Below, piece by piece: positions 19,994 to 29,304 of a stretch of 64,000 nucleotides of DNA. The position numbers were made by a program, and so were the translations under genes. The stretch is from Patescibacteria group bacterium UBA3466 (GTDB lineage: Bacteria; Patescibacteriota; Minisyncoccia; Phycocordibacterales; UBA918), in NCBI GenBank assembly GCA_002378195.1, contig DFRJ01000001.1:29517-93516 (forward strand), written 5' to 3'. The notes under the pieces were generated by a model that saw only the letters and a program-made list of their open reading frames with translations, was not told the origin of the DNA and did not search any database. How positions within the stretch are numbered: position 1 is the stretch's first letter; every line of letters starts with the position of its first letter.

Positions 19994-20572
19994 ATGAAGT
20001 ACGAAGCACTTACATTTGATATCCCCGAACTAGATGGCATCTCTAGTGAATCCGTTGAAGATCACATTGGTCTGTACCAAGGGTACGTAAAGAACCTCAA
20101 CCTAATCCGCGAAAAGATTGCAGCCTATGCCAACGATCCTGACAACAACGCCTACGCTATTTCTGAAATGCAGAGACGTTTGGGTTTTGAGTTTGGCGGC
20201 ATGCGCAATCACGAATACTATTTCTCGCAACTTGAAGGCGGTCACAAACCCCTACCCGACGGTGCTCTTAAAAGAAAAATGGAAGAGCAGTGGGGTTCGT
20301 TTGAAAATTGGTTAGCCCGCTTCCGTGAAATTGCTTTGACCCGTGGTATTGGTTGGGCCATGCTCTACCACGACCCGCACACAGACCAATTGGTACAAAC
20401 TTGGGTGGATGAACAACACCTCGGCCAACTACCAGATCTGGATTTAATCTTGGCACTCGACATGTGGGAACACTCATACATGCGAGACTACCGCGCACCA
20501 GACAAAGCCAAGTACGTCGACGCATTCTTTAGGAACATCAACTGGGAAGTAGTGGCTGGGCGCTTGATCTAG
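19994..20572 (+). CDS. Divergent Fe/Mn superoxide dismutase family protein
   Basis: The C-terminal DMWEHSYMRDY...NINWEVV matches the SOD D-x-W-E-H signature and RNHEYYF is conserved, but the N-terminal His pair is altered. Confidence 0.6.
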   Translation: MKYEALTFDIPELDGISSESVEDHIGLYQGYVKNLNLIREKIAAYANDPDNNAYAISEMQRRLGFEFGGMRNHEYYFSQLEGGHKPLPDGALKRKMEEQWGSFENWLARFREIALTRGIGWAMLYHDPHTDQLVQTWVDEQHLGQLPDLDLILALDMWEHSYMRDYRAPDKAKYVDAFFRNINWEVVAGRLI

Positions 20573-20630
20573 TTGCAATAATTCAAACGATAAGTATCAT
20601 ACCCTCAGACTTGAACTGAGGTTTTGTCTT

Positions 20631-20918
20631 ATGGACTTACCAACAAATCACCGATATACCTCATACTACCTACCCCGTTGGTGGAAACACCCAGCCATGA
20701 GGTGGTACCGGAGACTCAAGGTGTGGTGGTGGTCGAAACGAGGTTTTGCCTCCTATCAACGGGCCGTCTCTTGGCAGCATGCTCGCATCCCATATGGCAA
20801 AGAGCGCTTTTACCATGAAGGCATGGCCATCATGACTGTACGTCGAGTACGGCAACGCAGATATATTCTTTGCACTGCCAAACAGTCAGACTATGCTCTC
20901 GACCAATTTCTAAATTAA
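20631..20918 (+). CDS. Small Trp/Arg-rich hypothetical protein
   Basis: It follows the hairpin cctcagact-tgaa-ctgagg, and the choice of frame is uncertain. Confidence 0.25.
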   Translation: MDLPTNHRYTSYYLPRWWKHPAMRWYRRLKVWWWSKRGFASYQRAVSWQHARIPYGKERFYHEGMAIMTVRRVRQRRYILCTAKQSDYALDQFLN

Positions 20919-20919
20919 T

Positions 20920-20994
20920 CTAACGAAAAAATATCGGGATATCATCGGCCGGTTTGTCTGGCGCCACAGGCGCCTTAGGCAAACCGGCCATTTC
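20920..20994. repeat. 75-bp perfect direct repeat, copy 1
   Basis: ctaacgaaaaaatatcgggatatcatcggccggtttgtctggcgccacaggcgccttaggcaaaccggccatttc is identical to 22406-22480 and contains a nested 10-bp hairpin (ggccggtttg...caaaccggcc). Confidence 0.9.
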
Positions 20995-21019
20995 TGTCTC
21001 TACTTAATAGTGCGGCAAA

Positions 21020-21925
21020 ATGCTGCCATGCTACAATCACAACATGCATGAGCCAAAAAAGTTAGTTCTTGTAACTGGAGCTTCTGGTGCAATTGGGCGA
21101 GACTATTTGGAAGAATTTTCCGAGTTACCTGAATTTGATTGCGTTGCTATTGCTAGGAGAGAATTTGAAACCTCAGCTGATAATTTTACTTTTTTAGAGC
21201 TTGATTTACTTGATGAGGCAAAAGTAAACGAATCAATACAAACCATAGATTTTTCAGTATATTCTGAAGTTGTGTTCATACACTCTGTTGGGATGTTTAA
21301 ATACGAACCAAATGGTGAGCCCTCAATAGATAATGATGAAGATGGTATCGATGATGAAGTATACAAAACAAACATTGAGACCTTTGTAAATATCATTAAA
21401 CCACTTTATAAAAGAATGCTGCAATCTGAAGAAGGCTTTAAGTTGTCACTATATGGAATGGGGTCTGTGTCTGACAAACATCAAATCAAATACTGGCAGT
21501 CTTACACCAAATCAAAAAACATTCTCCGTTCAATCATATACAACCTAATTCAAGAGAATCCGGAACAAGTTAAAGGCATGATGTTCAATGTCAGTACAGT
21601 AGACACAGAAAAGGAAAACGAGCTAAGACCTAACGCTGAAAAAACTTATTGGCTTAGCGGTAAAGAAATTGCCGTAGCAACGTTACCTTTTATTATTAAA
21701 GGTAAGTTCGGAGAATGGAAAGAGTTGGACATTTTTAAGAACTCACCACTTTTTGAAGATGGATACTATGAAAACTTAAGTGAAATTAGAAAACGCTGGG
21801 AGCAACAAATGAAGCAGAATGAAAATCCGGGTGAAAATATTTTTGAAGAAATTGACGGCGAGGTAGCAACTCGCCTCTTTGAAGCTAAGCCGCCTCTAGA
21901 TGGACCTTTCTTTAAATTTAGGTAG
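21020..21925 (+). CDS. SDR-family NAD(P)-binding oxidoreductase
   Basis: VTGASGAIG is a Rossmann motif and YTKSK is a YxxxK active site. The ATG at 21044 lies 6 nt after tacaat, so the mRNA may be leaderless. Confidence 0.65.
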   Translation: MLPCYNHNMHEPKKLVLVTGASGAIGRDYLEEFSELPEFDCVAIARREFETSADNFTFLELDLLDEAKVNESIQTIDFSVYSEVVFIHSVGMFKYEPNGEPSIDNDEDGIDDEVYKTNIETFVNIIKPLYKRMLQSEEGFKLSLYGMGSVSDKHQIKYWQSYTKSKNILRSIIYNLIQENPEQVKGMMFNVSTVDTEKENELRPNAEKTYWLSGKEIAVATLPFIIKGKFGEWKELDIFKNSPLFEDGYYENLSEIRKRWEQQMKQNENPGENIFEEIDGEVATRLFEAKPPLDGPFFKFR

Positions 21926-22361
21926 AAAGCAATTTTTCTACATCAATAAACATAGGTGTACCTTCCCACAACATCTCAAACATCTGCTTCACTGTTTGAA
22001 ATATTGCATCATCATCAATTGTGATCACCTTTAAATCATCATAAGAAATAAGTACTACCCTGCCCTCAAATACAATTAAGTCAGTATCGATTTTAGTTTC
22101 TCTTGGAAGATATCGTATCTCCTGAGTTTCATTGTTGTAATAGTCAGCGTACGGAACTGGACGATTGTTACCAGCTATTAATTCTTTTACATACACGCCG
22201 GCTTTTGCAACACGTTCTCCTATCTCTCTTGAATAGTCGCCCCACTGGTCAACTACTGCATCAGTAGAGTAGAGAGAATAGTACCAATCGACAAGAGGTA
22301 ATTGCTCATAAATGTCGTGGATCGCTTCTTCACCTTTTGTTACTAGTACTCCTTCTATCAT
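21918..22361 (-). CDS. Hypothetical protein
   Basis: A 147-aa ORF whose 3' end overlaps the SDR gene convergently by 8 nt. Confidence 0.45.
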   Translation of the reverse strand: MIEGVLVTKGEEAIHDIYEQLPLVDWYYSLYSTDAVVDQWGDYSREIGERVAKAGVYVKELIAGNNRPVPYADYYNNETQEIRYLPRETKIDTDLIVFEGRVVLISYDDLKVITIDDDAIFQTVKQMFEMLWEGTPMFIDVEKLLST

Positions 22362-22405
22362 GTTTTGGATTATAGCACAGGGAAATAAAACATGAATGTT
22401 ATAGC

Positions 22406-22480
22406 CTAACGAAAAAATATCGGGATATCATCGGCCGGTTTGTCTGGCGCCACAGGCGCCTTAGGCAAACCGGCCATTTC
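22406..22480. repeat. 75-bp perfect direct repeat, copy 2, which also encodes the comEC C-terminus
   Basis: It is identical to 20920-20994. On the minus strand it encodes EMAGLPKAPVAPDKPADDIPIFFR plus the stop codon of comEC. Confidence 0.9.
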
Positions 22481-23965
22481 CTTTTCCTCTTCAACTACCC
22501 AACCGTTGCCGTTTTTTCGATAATTTGCATAAGCTATAAGCATCACCATCAATAAATACATGAACGGCACTAAATAGGCTGGAAAACTTGGTACACTCAC
22601 GGCAGCAAAAGGCAAAGATGCAAAGCGCTCAGCGACTACCAAAATGTAGTTGAGGCTCAAATCAGCCAGATAAGCGATCGGTTGCGCTAACGTAATAGAA
22701 ATTAACCCCACTACTCCTGTCAGAAACGTTAGTAGCATAGCAACCGGCACTACCGGCAACACTAAAACATTAACGACAATCGCTACTAGCGACACTTCCC
22801 CAATATGGTAAAGCAAAAGTGGTAAAACAGCGATCTGAGTAGTGAGAGTGGCCACCAAAAACTCCGAGATTTTAATTTTCTTAGCACTCAAGAGAGCTGT
22901 TTCAAAATATGGTGACAAAATAATCAAGCCTAATGTCGCCATAAATGATAGCTGAAAACCAATGTCATACAAAAGTAAATACGGATTGATAGCAATCATT
23001 ACTAAACCAGCAAAAATTAGCGCTCGCATCACATTGTATTCACGTCCAAACGACTGGGCAAACAACACCAACGAAGCCATGATGCTGGCGCGCACCACGG
23101 TAGCTGATAAACCAACAATCAAGGCAAAAGAAACAATTGCTACCAATCCAGCCACAAAGCGCCAGCGTAGTGGTAGAAAGAATGAGAAAATAAATAGAAT
23201 AAAAGCTACTACCAGCATTACGTTGTAGCCAGACAAAACCACAATGTGAATGATGCCAGTTTTTCGAAAATCTTCCTCAATATCATCTCCCAAAGAAGAC
23301 TGCACTCCCAACAAAAGTCCGTTGCCCAGTGCCACTTCCGGCTCCGGAATAGTCTGTTTTACCGAATTGATAAAAGCGTGCTTGGCGGCCAAAAGCATGC
23401 CCACAAACCAATTACCACCACCTGAATCAAGCACCGACACCTCCGCAAAAGATAGGCGATACTCCACACCGCGAGCTTTGAGATAATTTTCATAATCAAA
23501 AGTACGGCCTAGATCAGTGGTAAACGAAGTTGGTTTATCTAAGCGCCCGGTTATCTGCACCCGATCTCCATAAGACAAATCTGTTAAACGATCGGCACTC
23601 ACCAACACTCGATCATCAGAAGTTGTTACATAAAACTGCACCTGATTAGCTCGGTAATCCGGCTCTTCATCAATTACTCCGATCAATTCGATCGAGCTGC
23701 CGACAGACTCTTCCAGGTTAGACTTACCAAATTGCCAAGTCGCTAGCTCCGTTCGAAAAATCCCCAACGCGAGCGCTAGCATGATTACACTGAGTCCCAA
23801 AACCGGCTGACACAGAGTCTGACAAGAACGCTTTCGCCACCATAAAGCCAAAGCCAGACTAAGCACCATCAGCCAGACCACGTACTCAGACGAAATATTA
23901 AATATAGTACGAGCGGCAATTCCACCAGTAAAAGAAATCGCTATGACTTCAAATAAATAGCGCAT
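22406..23965 (-). CDS. comEC: ComEC/Rec2 competence channel protein without the MBL domain
   Basis: It has multiple transmembrane helices and the conserved competence-domain block IIHIVVLSGYNVMLV...RASIMASLVLFAQSFGREYN...FQLSFMATLG. Confidence 0.85.
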   Translation of the reverse strand: MRYLFEVIAISFTGGIAARTIFNISSEYVVWLMVLSLALALWWRKRSCQTLCQPVLGLSVIMLALALGIFRTELATWQFGKSNLEESVGSSIELIGVIDEEPDYRANQVQFYVTTSDDRVLVSADRLTDLSYGDRVQITGRLDKPTSFTTDLGRTFDYENYLKARGVEYRLSFAEVSVLDSGGGNWFVGMLLAAKHAFINSVKQTIPEPEVALGNGLLLGVQSSLGDDIEEDFRKTGIIHIVVLSGYNVMLVVAFILFIFSFFLPLRWRFVAGLVAIVSFALIVGLSATVVRASIMASLVLFAQSFGREYNVMRALIFAGLVMIAINPYLLLYDIGFQLSFMATLGLIILSPYFETALLSAKKIKISEFLVATLTTQIAVLPLLLYHIGEVSLVAIVVNVLVLPVVPVAMLLTFLTGVVGLISITLAQPIAYLADLSLNYILVVAERFASLPFAAVSVPSFPAYLVPFMYLLMVMLIAYANYRKNGNGWVVEEEKEMAGLPKAPVAPDKPADDIPIFFR

Positions 23966-24045
23966 AAGCTAGTGTAACAGGTCACTCCAATCTAAATAAT
24001 AAAAACCCAGCCAATTTCGGCTGGGTTTTCGGACAGAAGCGATGG

Positions 24046-24492
24046 CTAAGCAGCTACCTCGCACGATTCTTCAGGTCCGCGTAAAGCTTCCTGTTCAATA
24101 TCGAAATTTCCGTCTCCAGAATACTGCTTACCGACACTGAAGTCATCGCCTCGCTCACCACCGGCATCATCCGGTTCCGGCTGGTCTTCAGCGTCAGTTT
24201 CTTGTTCGGTCTGATTGTTGTCTGCAGTCGAGGCTGCTTCGAGCTCTGCGATCCGATCCTTGAAGGACGACTTCAGAACCATGAGCGCCTGTGCGTCGGC
24301 ATAACGAGTACGTCCGGCTTCCATTTTTTTGATGGTCGCTTTAAGGTACTCATACTGCCGCTTCAGACCAGGCAGCACGTCGTAATAGTCATTCAGGACC
24401 TGCTCCCAATCCGCAAAACTCTTGTTATCAATAGACATCAAAACGCTTTCCTTCTGTTGATGAACTAAAAATGGTGAAGTCTTTCGACCCAC
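24046..24492 (-). CDS. Hypothetical acidic protein
   Basis: 148-aa ORF. The start may be the Met at MSIDNK. Confidence 0.4.
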   Translation of the reverse strand: MGRKTSPFLVHQQKESVLMSIDNKSFADWEQVLNDYYDVLPGLKRQYEYLKATIKKMEAGRTRYADAQALMVLKSSFKDRIAELEAASTADNNQTEQETDAEDQPEPDDAGGERGDDFSVGKQYSGDGNFDIEQEALRGPEESCEVAA

Positions 24493-24523
24493 CGCGACTT
24501 ATGAGAGTACAGTATAAATAAGG

Positions 24524-24937
24524 TTAGTCAAGTAGTTTATCTAACAATTGTCTTGGCTCTCGATTGTCTTTCTCTTTCACCAATTTTGGTTCGAGTGCAG
24601 GAAAGCAAGCTACTCGTAAATTGTATATTTCAATAAAATGTCCGATGAGACTAACATCCTTTATTTCCGCCTTTGCTGATAGGTGCTGGATCAATGACTC
24701 ACATTCAGACTGTAAGGTGTGTGAAAATTTATTCAAACCATCGCCAAATTTCTCGCGCAGTAACTGCAAAGCTCGTACCGCCGCAAAATATTCCGCATAT
24801 TCGCTAGTTGCGTTGCCAATTTCCTCAGCCTGAGAAAATACTTCCTTGCCTTGCTTGTCAGTCACCACTATCCCAATCGCTGCCGGACCAAGTCCATCTT
24901 TCGCAGCTCCAGCAGTTTTAATAATTAGCTCTTTCAT
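24524..24937 (-). CDS. RNase H-like (RVT_3-type) domain protein
   Basis: AIGIVVTDKQGKEV...NATSEYAEYFAAVRALQ fits the RNase H fold pattern. Confidence 0.5.
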   Translation of the reverse strand: MKELIIKTAGAAKDGLGPAAIGIVVTDKQGKEVFSQAEEIGNATSEYAEYFAAVRALQLLREKFGDGLNKFSHTLQSECESLIQHLSAKAEIKDVSLIGHFIEIYNLRVACFPALEPKLVKEKDNREPRQLLDKLLD

Positions 24938-24970
24938 AATTGCACCCTAGCACACAACGAGCGCCTGGCG

Positions 24971-25666
24971 CTACCCTCCAAATTCAGCCCTAATTTCTGA
25001 TTCCTCTTCAGCCGTAAGCGCTTTTTTAAAACGAGCCTTCTTGCCTTTGACGCGTGCTTCGCACTCAAGCCAAGTAGCGTGCGTCTCAATCACTCCGTCT
25101 ACTTCGCTGACATAAGAAAAGGCTTTCATGTTGCTGCGCTTTCTAGCTTCGCTACGGGCGGCAGCTTTCTCTTTATCATATTCAACATTTTCTATCTTAT
25201 GTTGGTAGGCAGATCGAGGGCCAGCAAATAACTCGACAGGTTTTTTGTCACCAAAATCTGATGCGATAGTATCTGCTCGCTCATTTCCAATCAGCCCGAC
25301 GTGCCCAGGTACTTTGTGCCATTCAATTTCCACCTGCTTCTGCAAATCAAACAATTCTTGCCAAAGCTCTTTATGCAAAACATCGGTATCGTTCTTGGTC
25401 TTCCAGCCATTTTTAATCCAGCCAAACACCCAGCCTGTTGCTCCCTCTACGACATACTTCGAATCAGTATAAATATGAAGAGTTTCTTCTGCCTCTCGTC
25501 CTTCTTTAAGAGCTTCTACCACCGCCTTCAATTCCATTTCATTATTGGTGGTTTCTGACTTTCCTTCTCCAATCTCTGTCACTGTATCTCCTAATAACAA
25601 AACAGCACCGTAACCTCCCGGGCCGGGATTTCCCTTGGCTGCTCCGTCAGTAAAAATTAAATTCAT
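24971..25666 (-). CDS. rnhA: Ribonuclease HI with a roughly 100-aa C-terminal extension
   Basis: MNLIFTDGAAKGNPGPGGYGAVL...TNNEMELKAV...IYTDSKYV...WHKVPGHVGLIGNERAD match RNase HI. The start was moved from the 25819 track start to the Met at MNLIFTDG, which corresponds to 25666, because the track's N-terminal extension (MRSPIPDS...) overlaps the 25734 gene. Confidence 0.8.
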   Translation of the reverse strand: MNLIFTDGAAKGNPGPGGYGAVLLLGDTVTEIGEGKSETTNNEMELKAVVEALKEGREAEETLHIYTDSKYVVEGATGWVFGWIKNGWKTKNDTDVLHKELWQELFDLQKQVEIEWHKVPGHVGLIGNERADTIASDFGDKKPVELFAGPRSAYQHKIENVEYDKEKAAARSEARKRSNMKAFSYVSEVDGVIETHATWLECEARVKGKKARFKKALTAEEESEIRAEFGG

Positions 25667-25733
25667 GTGTATTAGACTATCATAAAAAATGAGCACCTTG
25701 CTGTTACAAGATGCTCCGGCCGAACACGAAGAA

Positions 25734-25976
25734 TCACAACTTGAGCAAATCGGCCTCGTGCTCTTTTCGCCTAACTTGGCCGTCGACAATTCGACCGAGT
25801 CGGGTATAGGTGATCGCAAATCCTTTTGCTAAAGGATTTGCGTGTGTAATCTCCCCGTAATGAATACGTAAATCGGCTAAAAGCACGATACGATTTCCTT
25901 CAATGCTCACTAGGCAGCCGTCGAGACTGTAGACTCCTTGAGGGACCCAGATTCTTTCTTTGCAATTCCTACTCAT
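25734..25976 (-). CDS. Small hypothetical protein
   Basis: An 80-aa ORF with no recognisable motifs. Confidence 0.3.
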   Translation of the reverse strand: MSRNCKERIWVPQGVYSLDGCLVSIEGNRIVLLADLRIHYGEITHANPLAKGFAITYTRLGRIVDGQVRRKEHEADLLKL

Positions 25977-26027
25977 ACTCCCTCCTCGAAGTTGAGTGAC
26001 TAATTCACAGCTATAGTGTCAGCTGAT

Positions 26028-27713
26028 CTAAATAATGTCAACAATCATCATGCGAATCTGTCGTCGTCCCATAAAAAATGATTGTTCAACATTAGCCAAA
26101 AGAGTAAACGGTGTGTTAGCTGTCGGCACCTTATTAAAATCTTCTGGTTTTTGGAAAAACGATATCGCTTCAAGCTGGCCATTCTCACTATCAAAAATAA
26201 TCTTGGTGTGCTCTTTAGTTTTACCAAATACATCTACTTGGCGAGGGGTAACATTCTTGAAGGCAAAGACGGGTTTGTGATTGCCGGTACCAAATGGCGC
26301 CAACCTCTCGAGTTCTTTAATGATGAGTTGGTTTACGTCATTGAGACTAAGCTCCGCATCAATTTGCACCTCTTCTTTAATTTCTGCTTCAGCCCCCAGT
26401 TCGTGCATTGCTTCATTAAGACTTTGCCCGAAGCTGTGAATATGCTCGTCTTTTACTGAGAATCCGCCGGAAAAATGATGCCCGCCATGTTCAATAAATA
26501 CGTCTTTGCAACCCTCCATCAAAGTGACAACGCTGACCGTACCTCCTGAACGACACGATCCTTTATAGACACCATTGCCATCAGTTCCCCACAAAAACAC
26601 CGGCTTGTTATATTCTTCTGCCAGCTTGCTGGCAGCTAACCCTACCAGTGACGGCCGCCAATCAGGGCTACCCATCACTAGCACCGCCGGCACTTCTTCC
26701 AGAGCCTTCAATCGCTTATGTATGTCTTTGGTCATTAAAGCGACTTGGGTCTTCCGGTCCTGATTTAATTTTTCTAAATGCTCCACTCGCTCACTAGCTT
26801 TTTCAAGATCTGTCTCAGCCAACATATAAAAAGCATCTTCGGGCGTGTCCATCCGTGAAGCAGCATTTACGCGTGGACCGATAGTAAAGCCGATGTCTTC
26901 CTCTGTGAGGTACAACTGATTGACTCGGGCTTTTTTGAGTAGTTGTTGCAAACCGGGACGACGAGATTTGCGAAGTACCTTAAGTCCGTAATGAGCGAGG
27001 GCGCGGTTTTCATCCACGAGCGGCACCATATCCGCGATGGTAGCTACCCCGACCATATCTAGCCACCATTTTTCTTTACCAGGTATTAAACCATAATCAT
27101 TTCGCTCAAGGAGAGCCTGGATCAATTTAAATACTACTCCCGCTCCACAAAGGCCATCAAAGGGATAATTGCCTAATTTTGGATTCACGATTGCCACCGC
27201 CTTTGGCAGCTCTGTCGGAGCTTCGTGATGGTCAGTAATAATTACACCTACCCCCTCCTTCGTGGCATGCGCCACCTCTTCAACATTTGAAGTTCCACAA
27301 TCGATGGTAATGATAAGCGACACTCCATCTTCTTTTAGTTTATCGACTGCCTTTGTACTCAAGCCAAATCCTTCAAAGTGACGATGTGGAATGTAATTTT
27401 GAAAATTGGTGTAGCCAATTGAAGTAAAGAAATCATGCAGAACTACTGCTCCTGGAATTCCATCGCAATCATAATCACTGAAGATTCCAATTCTTTCGTC
27501 ATTTTTCATCGCTTCCTCGATCCGAACACAAGCGGCTTCCATATCATTCATAGCCTTTGGATCGTGCAAATGAGTTTCGTAATTAGGAGCTAAAAACTCA
27601 TCAACTTCTGCTTTTTTAGTGATGCCTCGAGCGAGTAGTAGCTGATTAAGTAAAGGTGATAACGATTCATCAATCACTTTGTCATTCACTTCCGGAAATT
27701 TATAAATCGCCAT
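26028..27713 (-). CDS. recJ: Single-stranded-DNA-specific exonuclease RecJ
   Basis: It carries the DHH family motifs DYDCDG and ITDHH together with a DHHA1-like C-terminal region. Confidence 0.85.
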   Translation of the reverse strand: MAIYKFPEVNDKVIDESLSPLLNQLLLARGITKKAEVDEFLAPNYETHLHDPKAMNDMEAACVRIEEAMKNDERIGIFSDYDCDGIPGAVVLHDFFTSIGYTNFQNYIPHRHFEGFGLSTKAVDKLKEDGVSLIITIDCGTSNVEEVAHATKEGVGVIITDHHEAPTELPKAVAIVNPKLGNYPFDGLCGAGVVFKLIQALLERNDYGLIPGKEKWWLDMVGVATIADMVPLVDENRALAHYGLKVLRKSRRPGLQQLLKKARVNQLYLTEEDIGFTIGPRVNAASRMDTPEDAFYMLAETDLEKASERVEHLEKLNQDRKTQVALMTKDIHKRLKALEEVPAVLVMGSPDWRPSLVGLAASKLAEEYNKPVFLWGTDGNGVYKGSCRSGGTVSVVTLMEGCKDVFIEHGGHHFSGGFSVKDEHIHSFGQSLNEAMHELGAEAEIKEEVQIDAELSLNDVNQLIIKELERLAPFGTGNHKPVFAFKNVTPRQVDVFGKTKEHTKIIFDSENGQLEAISFFQKPEDFNKVPTANTPFTLLANVEQSFFMGRRQIRMMIVDII

Positions 27714-27744
27714 AATAGTGACTTATGTTAACATTTATCAATAA

Positions 27745-28164
27745 TTGACTAAAGTTATGGAAACTATTTTTTCGAAAATCATTGCTAAGGAAATCCCAGC
27801 CGATATTGTGTACGAAGATGATCAGATACTGGCTTTTTTAGACATCAAACCAGTCAACCCTGGCCACACTTTAGTAATTCCAAAAGAACCAGTAATTGAC
27901 GGGGTAGAAGCTTCAGAAGAAACAATGGCGGCAGTTATGCGTGTCGCTCAAAAAGTAGCTCGAGCCCAAAAGAAGACACTCGGCTGCACTGGAGTAAATT
28001 ACATCATGAACAATGGCGAAGATGCCGGACAAGAAGTATTTCATGCTCATATGCACGTCATCCCACGCTACAAAGACGACAATACTTTTTCTTCGCCAAA
28101 TCACAATGACTACAAAGAGGGTGAGGTAACTGAAATTGCCGACAAACTAAGGGACACAATTTAA
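27745..28164 (+). CDS. HIT-family (histidine triad) hydrolase
   Basis: HAHMHVIP is the histidine triad. Confidence 0.85.
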   Translation: MTKVMETIFSKIIAKEIPADIVYEDDQILAFLDIKPVNPGHTLVIPKEPVIDGVEASEETMAAVMRVAQKVARAQKKTLGCTGVNYIMNNGEDAGQEVFHAHMHVIPRYKDDNTFSSPNHNDYKEGEVTEIADKLRDTI

Positions 28165-28192
28165 AAAAGCCCCTGGCGGGGCTTTTTTTATT
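28163..28192. terminator. Bidirectional terminator
   Basis: aaaaaagcccc-tggc-ggggcttttttt. Confidence 0.8.
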
Positions 28193-29303
28193 TGAGTGAA
28201 TCCAGTACTGGAGTACTACCCTTTTCAAGCAGTGTCAGCATCGAGCCCCCGCCAATCGAGACAAAGCCAAATAGATTATTAATCTCAAGTTTTTCTACCG
28301 CTGCCACTGTGTCACCGCCCCCGATAACACTAAAGGCGTCTGCCCCTGCGACATGCCTTGCAGTGATTTCAGTGCTTTGGGTGTAACCCATCTCATAGGC
28401 ACCAAATGGACCGTTCCAAAGAATGGTTTTGGCTTTTTCGATGTAAGTCGCCAACATCTCAATTGTCAGCGGACCACAATCAAAAATCTTTTCTTCAGGA
28501 GTGACTTCATCGAGATTCTTCACTTTCCGTCCGTCAGGACCATCGACAATTACATCGATAGGGATGAGTAGTTTTTTACTATTCAGAAATTCTGCCCCTT
28601 CGAGCGACACATCAGACACCAGTGATTCACCCACTTCGTAACCCTTAGCTTTGAAGATATCATTCGCGATTGCTCCCCCGATAAATACATGATCGTACTC
28701 AGCAAGGTATTTCTCTACGAGTGGCATCTTGGTATCAAACTTGGCTCCACCAAGCAGGAACAGCGAGGGGCTTTCCGGTTTCATAGCCTTGCTAAGTTGC
28801 TCGACTTCTTCTGAGAGAGTGAGGCCGGCGTACGCAGGCATAACTTGAGCTACTCCATAGGTAGAGGCATGCTCTCGGTGGGCGGCTGCAAAAGCATCAT
28901 TTACATACACTTCTCCCAGTTCGGCTAATTGCTTTACAAACGCTGGATCATTATTTTTTTCACCCTCATTTTGTCTAGTATTTTCAACCAAAATAATATC
29001 ACCATCACCCATAAGTTCTTTTCTCTGTAGCAGACCATCAGTACCAATTGCCCCGCCCCAATGCACTGGAAGATATTTTTCTAGCTCATCAAACACCGGC
29101 TTGAGTGTTTCATTTGGTTCACGGCCGATGTGTGCAACCACAATAGTTTTAGCACCCTGCTCGTGCAGATATCGCAAAGTTGGCAGCGCTCGCTCGAGTC
29201 GAAATTTATTACGTATCTTTCCATCTTTCAATGGAATATTGAGAGATGCTCGCAGTAATACATACTTACCTTTCAGATCACCTGCTTCGGTAATTTTCTT
29301 CAT
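28188..29303 (-). CDS. pgk: Phosphoglycerate kinase
   Basis: PGK similarity runs the full length of the 371-aa product. Confidence 0.9.
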   Translation of the reverse strand: MKKITEAGDLKGKYVLLRASLNIPLKDGKIRNKFRLERALPTLRYLHEQGAKTIVVAHIGREPNETLKPVFDELEKYLPVHWGGAIGTDGLLQRKELMGDGDIILVENTRQNEGEKNNDPAFVKQLAELGEVYVNDAFAAAHREHASTYGVAQVMPAYAGLTLSEEVEQLSKAMKPESPSLFLLGGAKFDTKMPLVEKYLAEYDHVFIGGAIANDIFKAKGYEVGESLVSDVSLEGAEFLNSKKLLIPIDVIVDGPDGRKVKNLDEVTPEEKIFDCGPLTIEMLATYIEKAKTILWNGPFGAYEMGYTQSTEITARHVAGADAFSVIGGGDTVAAVEKLEINNLFGFVSIGGGSMLTLLEKGSTPVLDSLK

Positions 29304-29304
29304 A

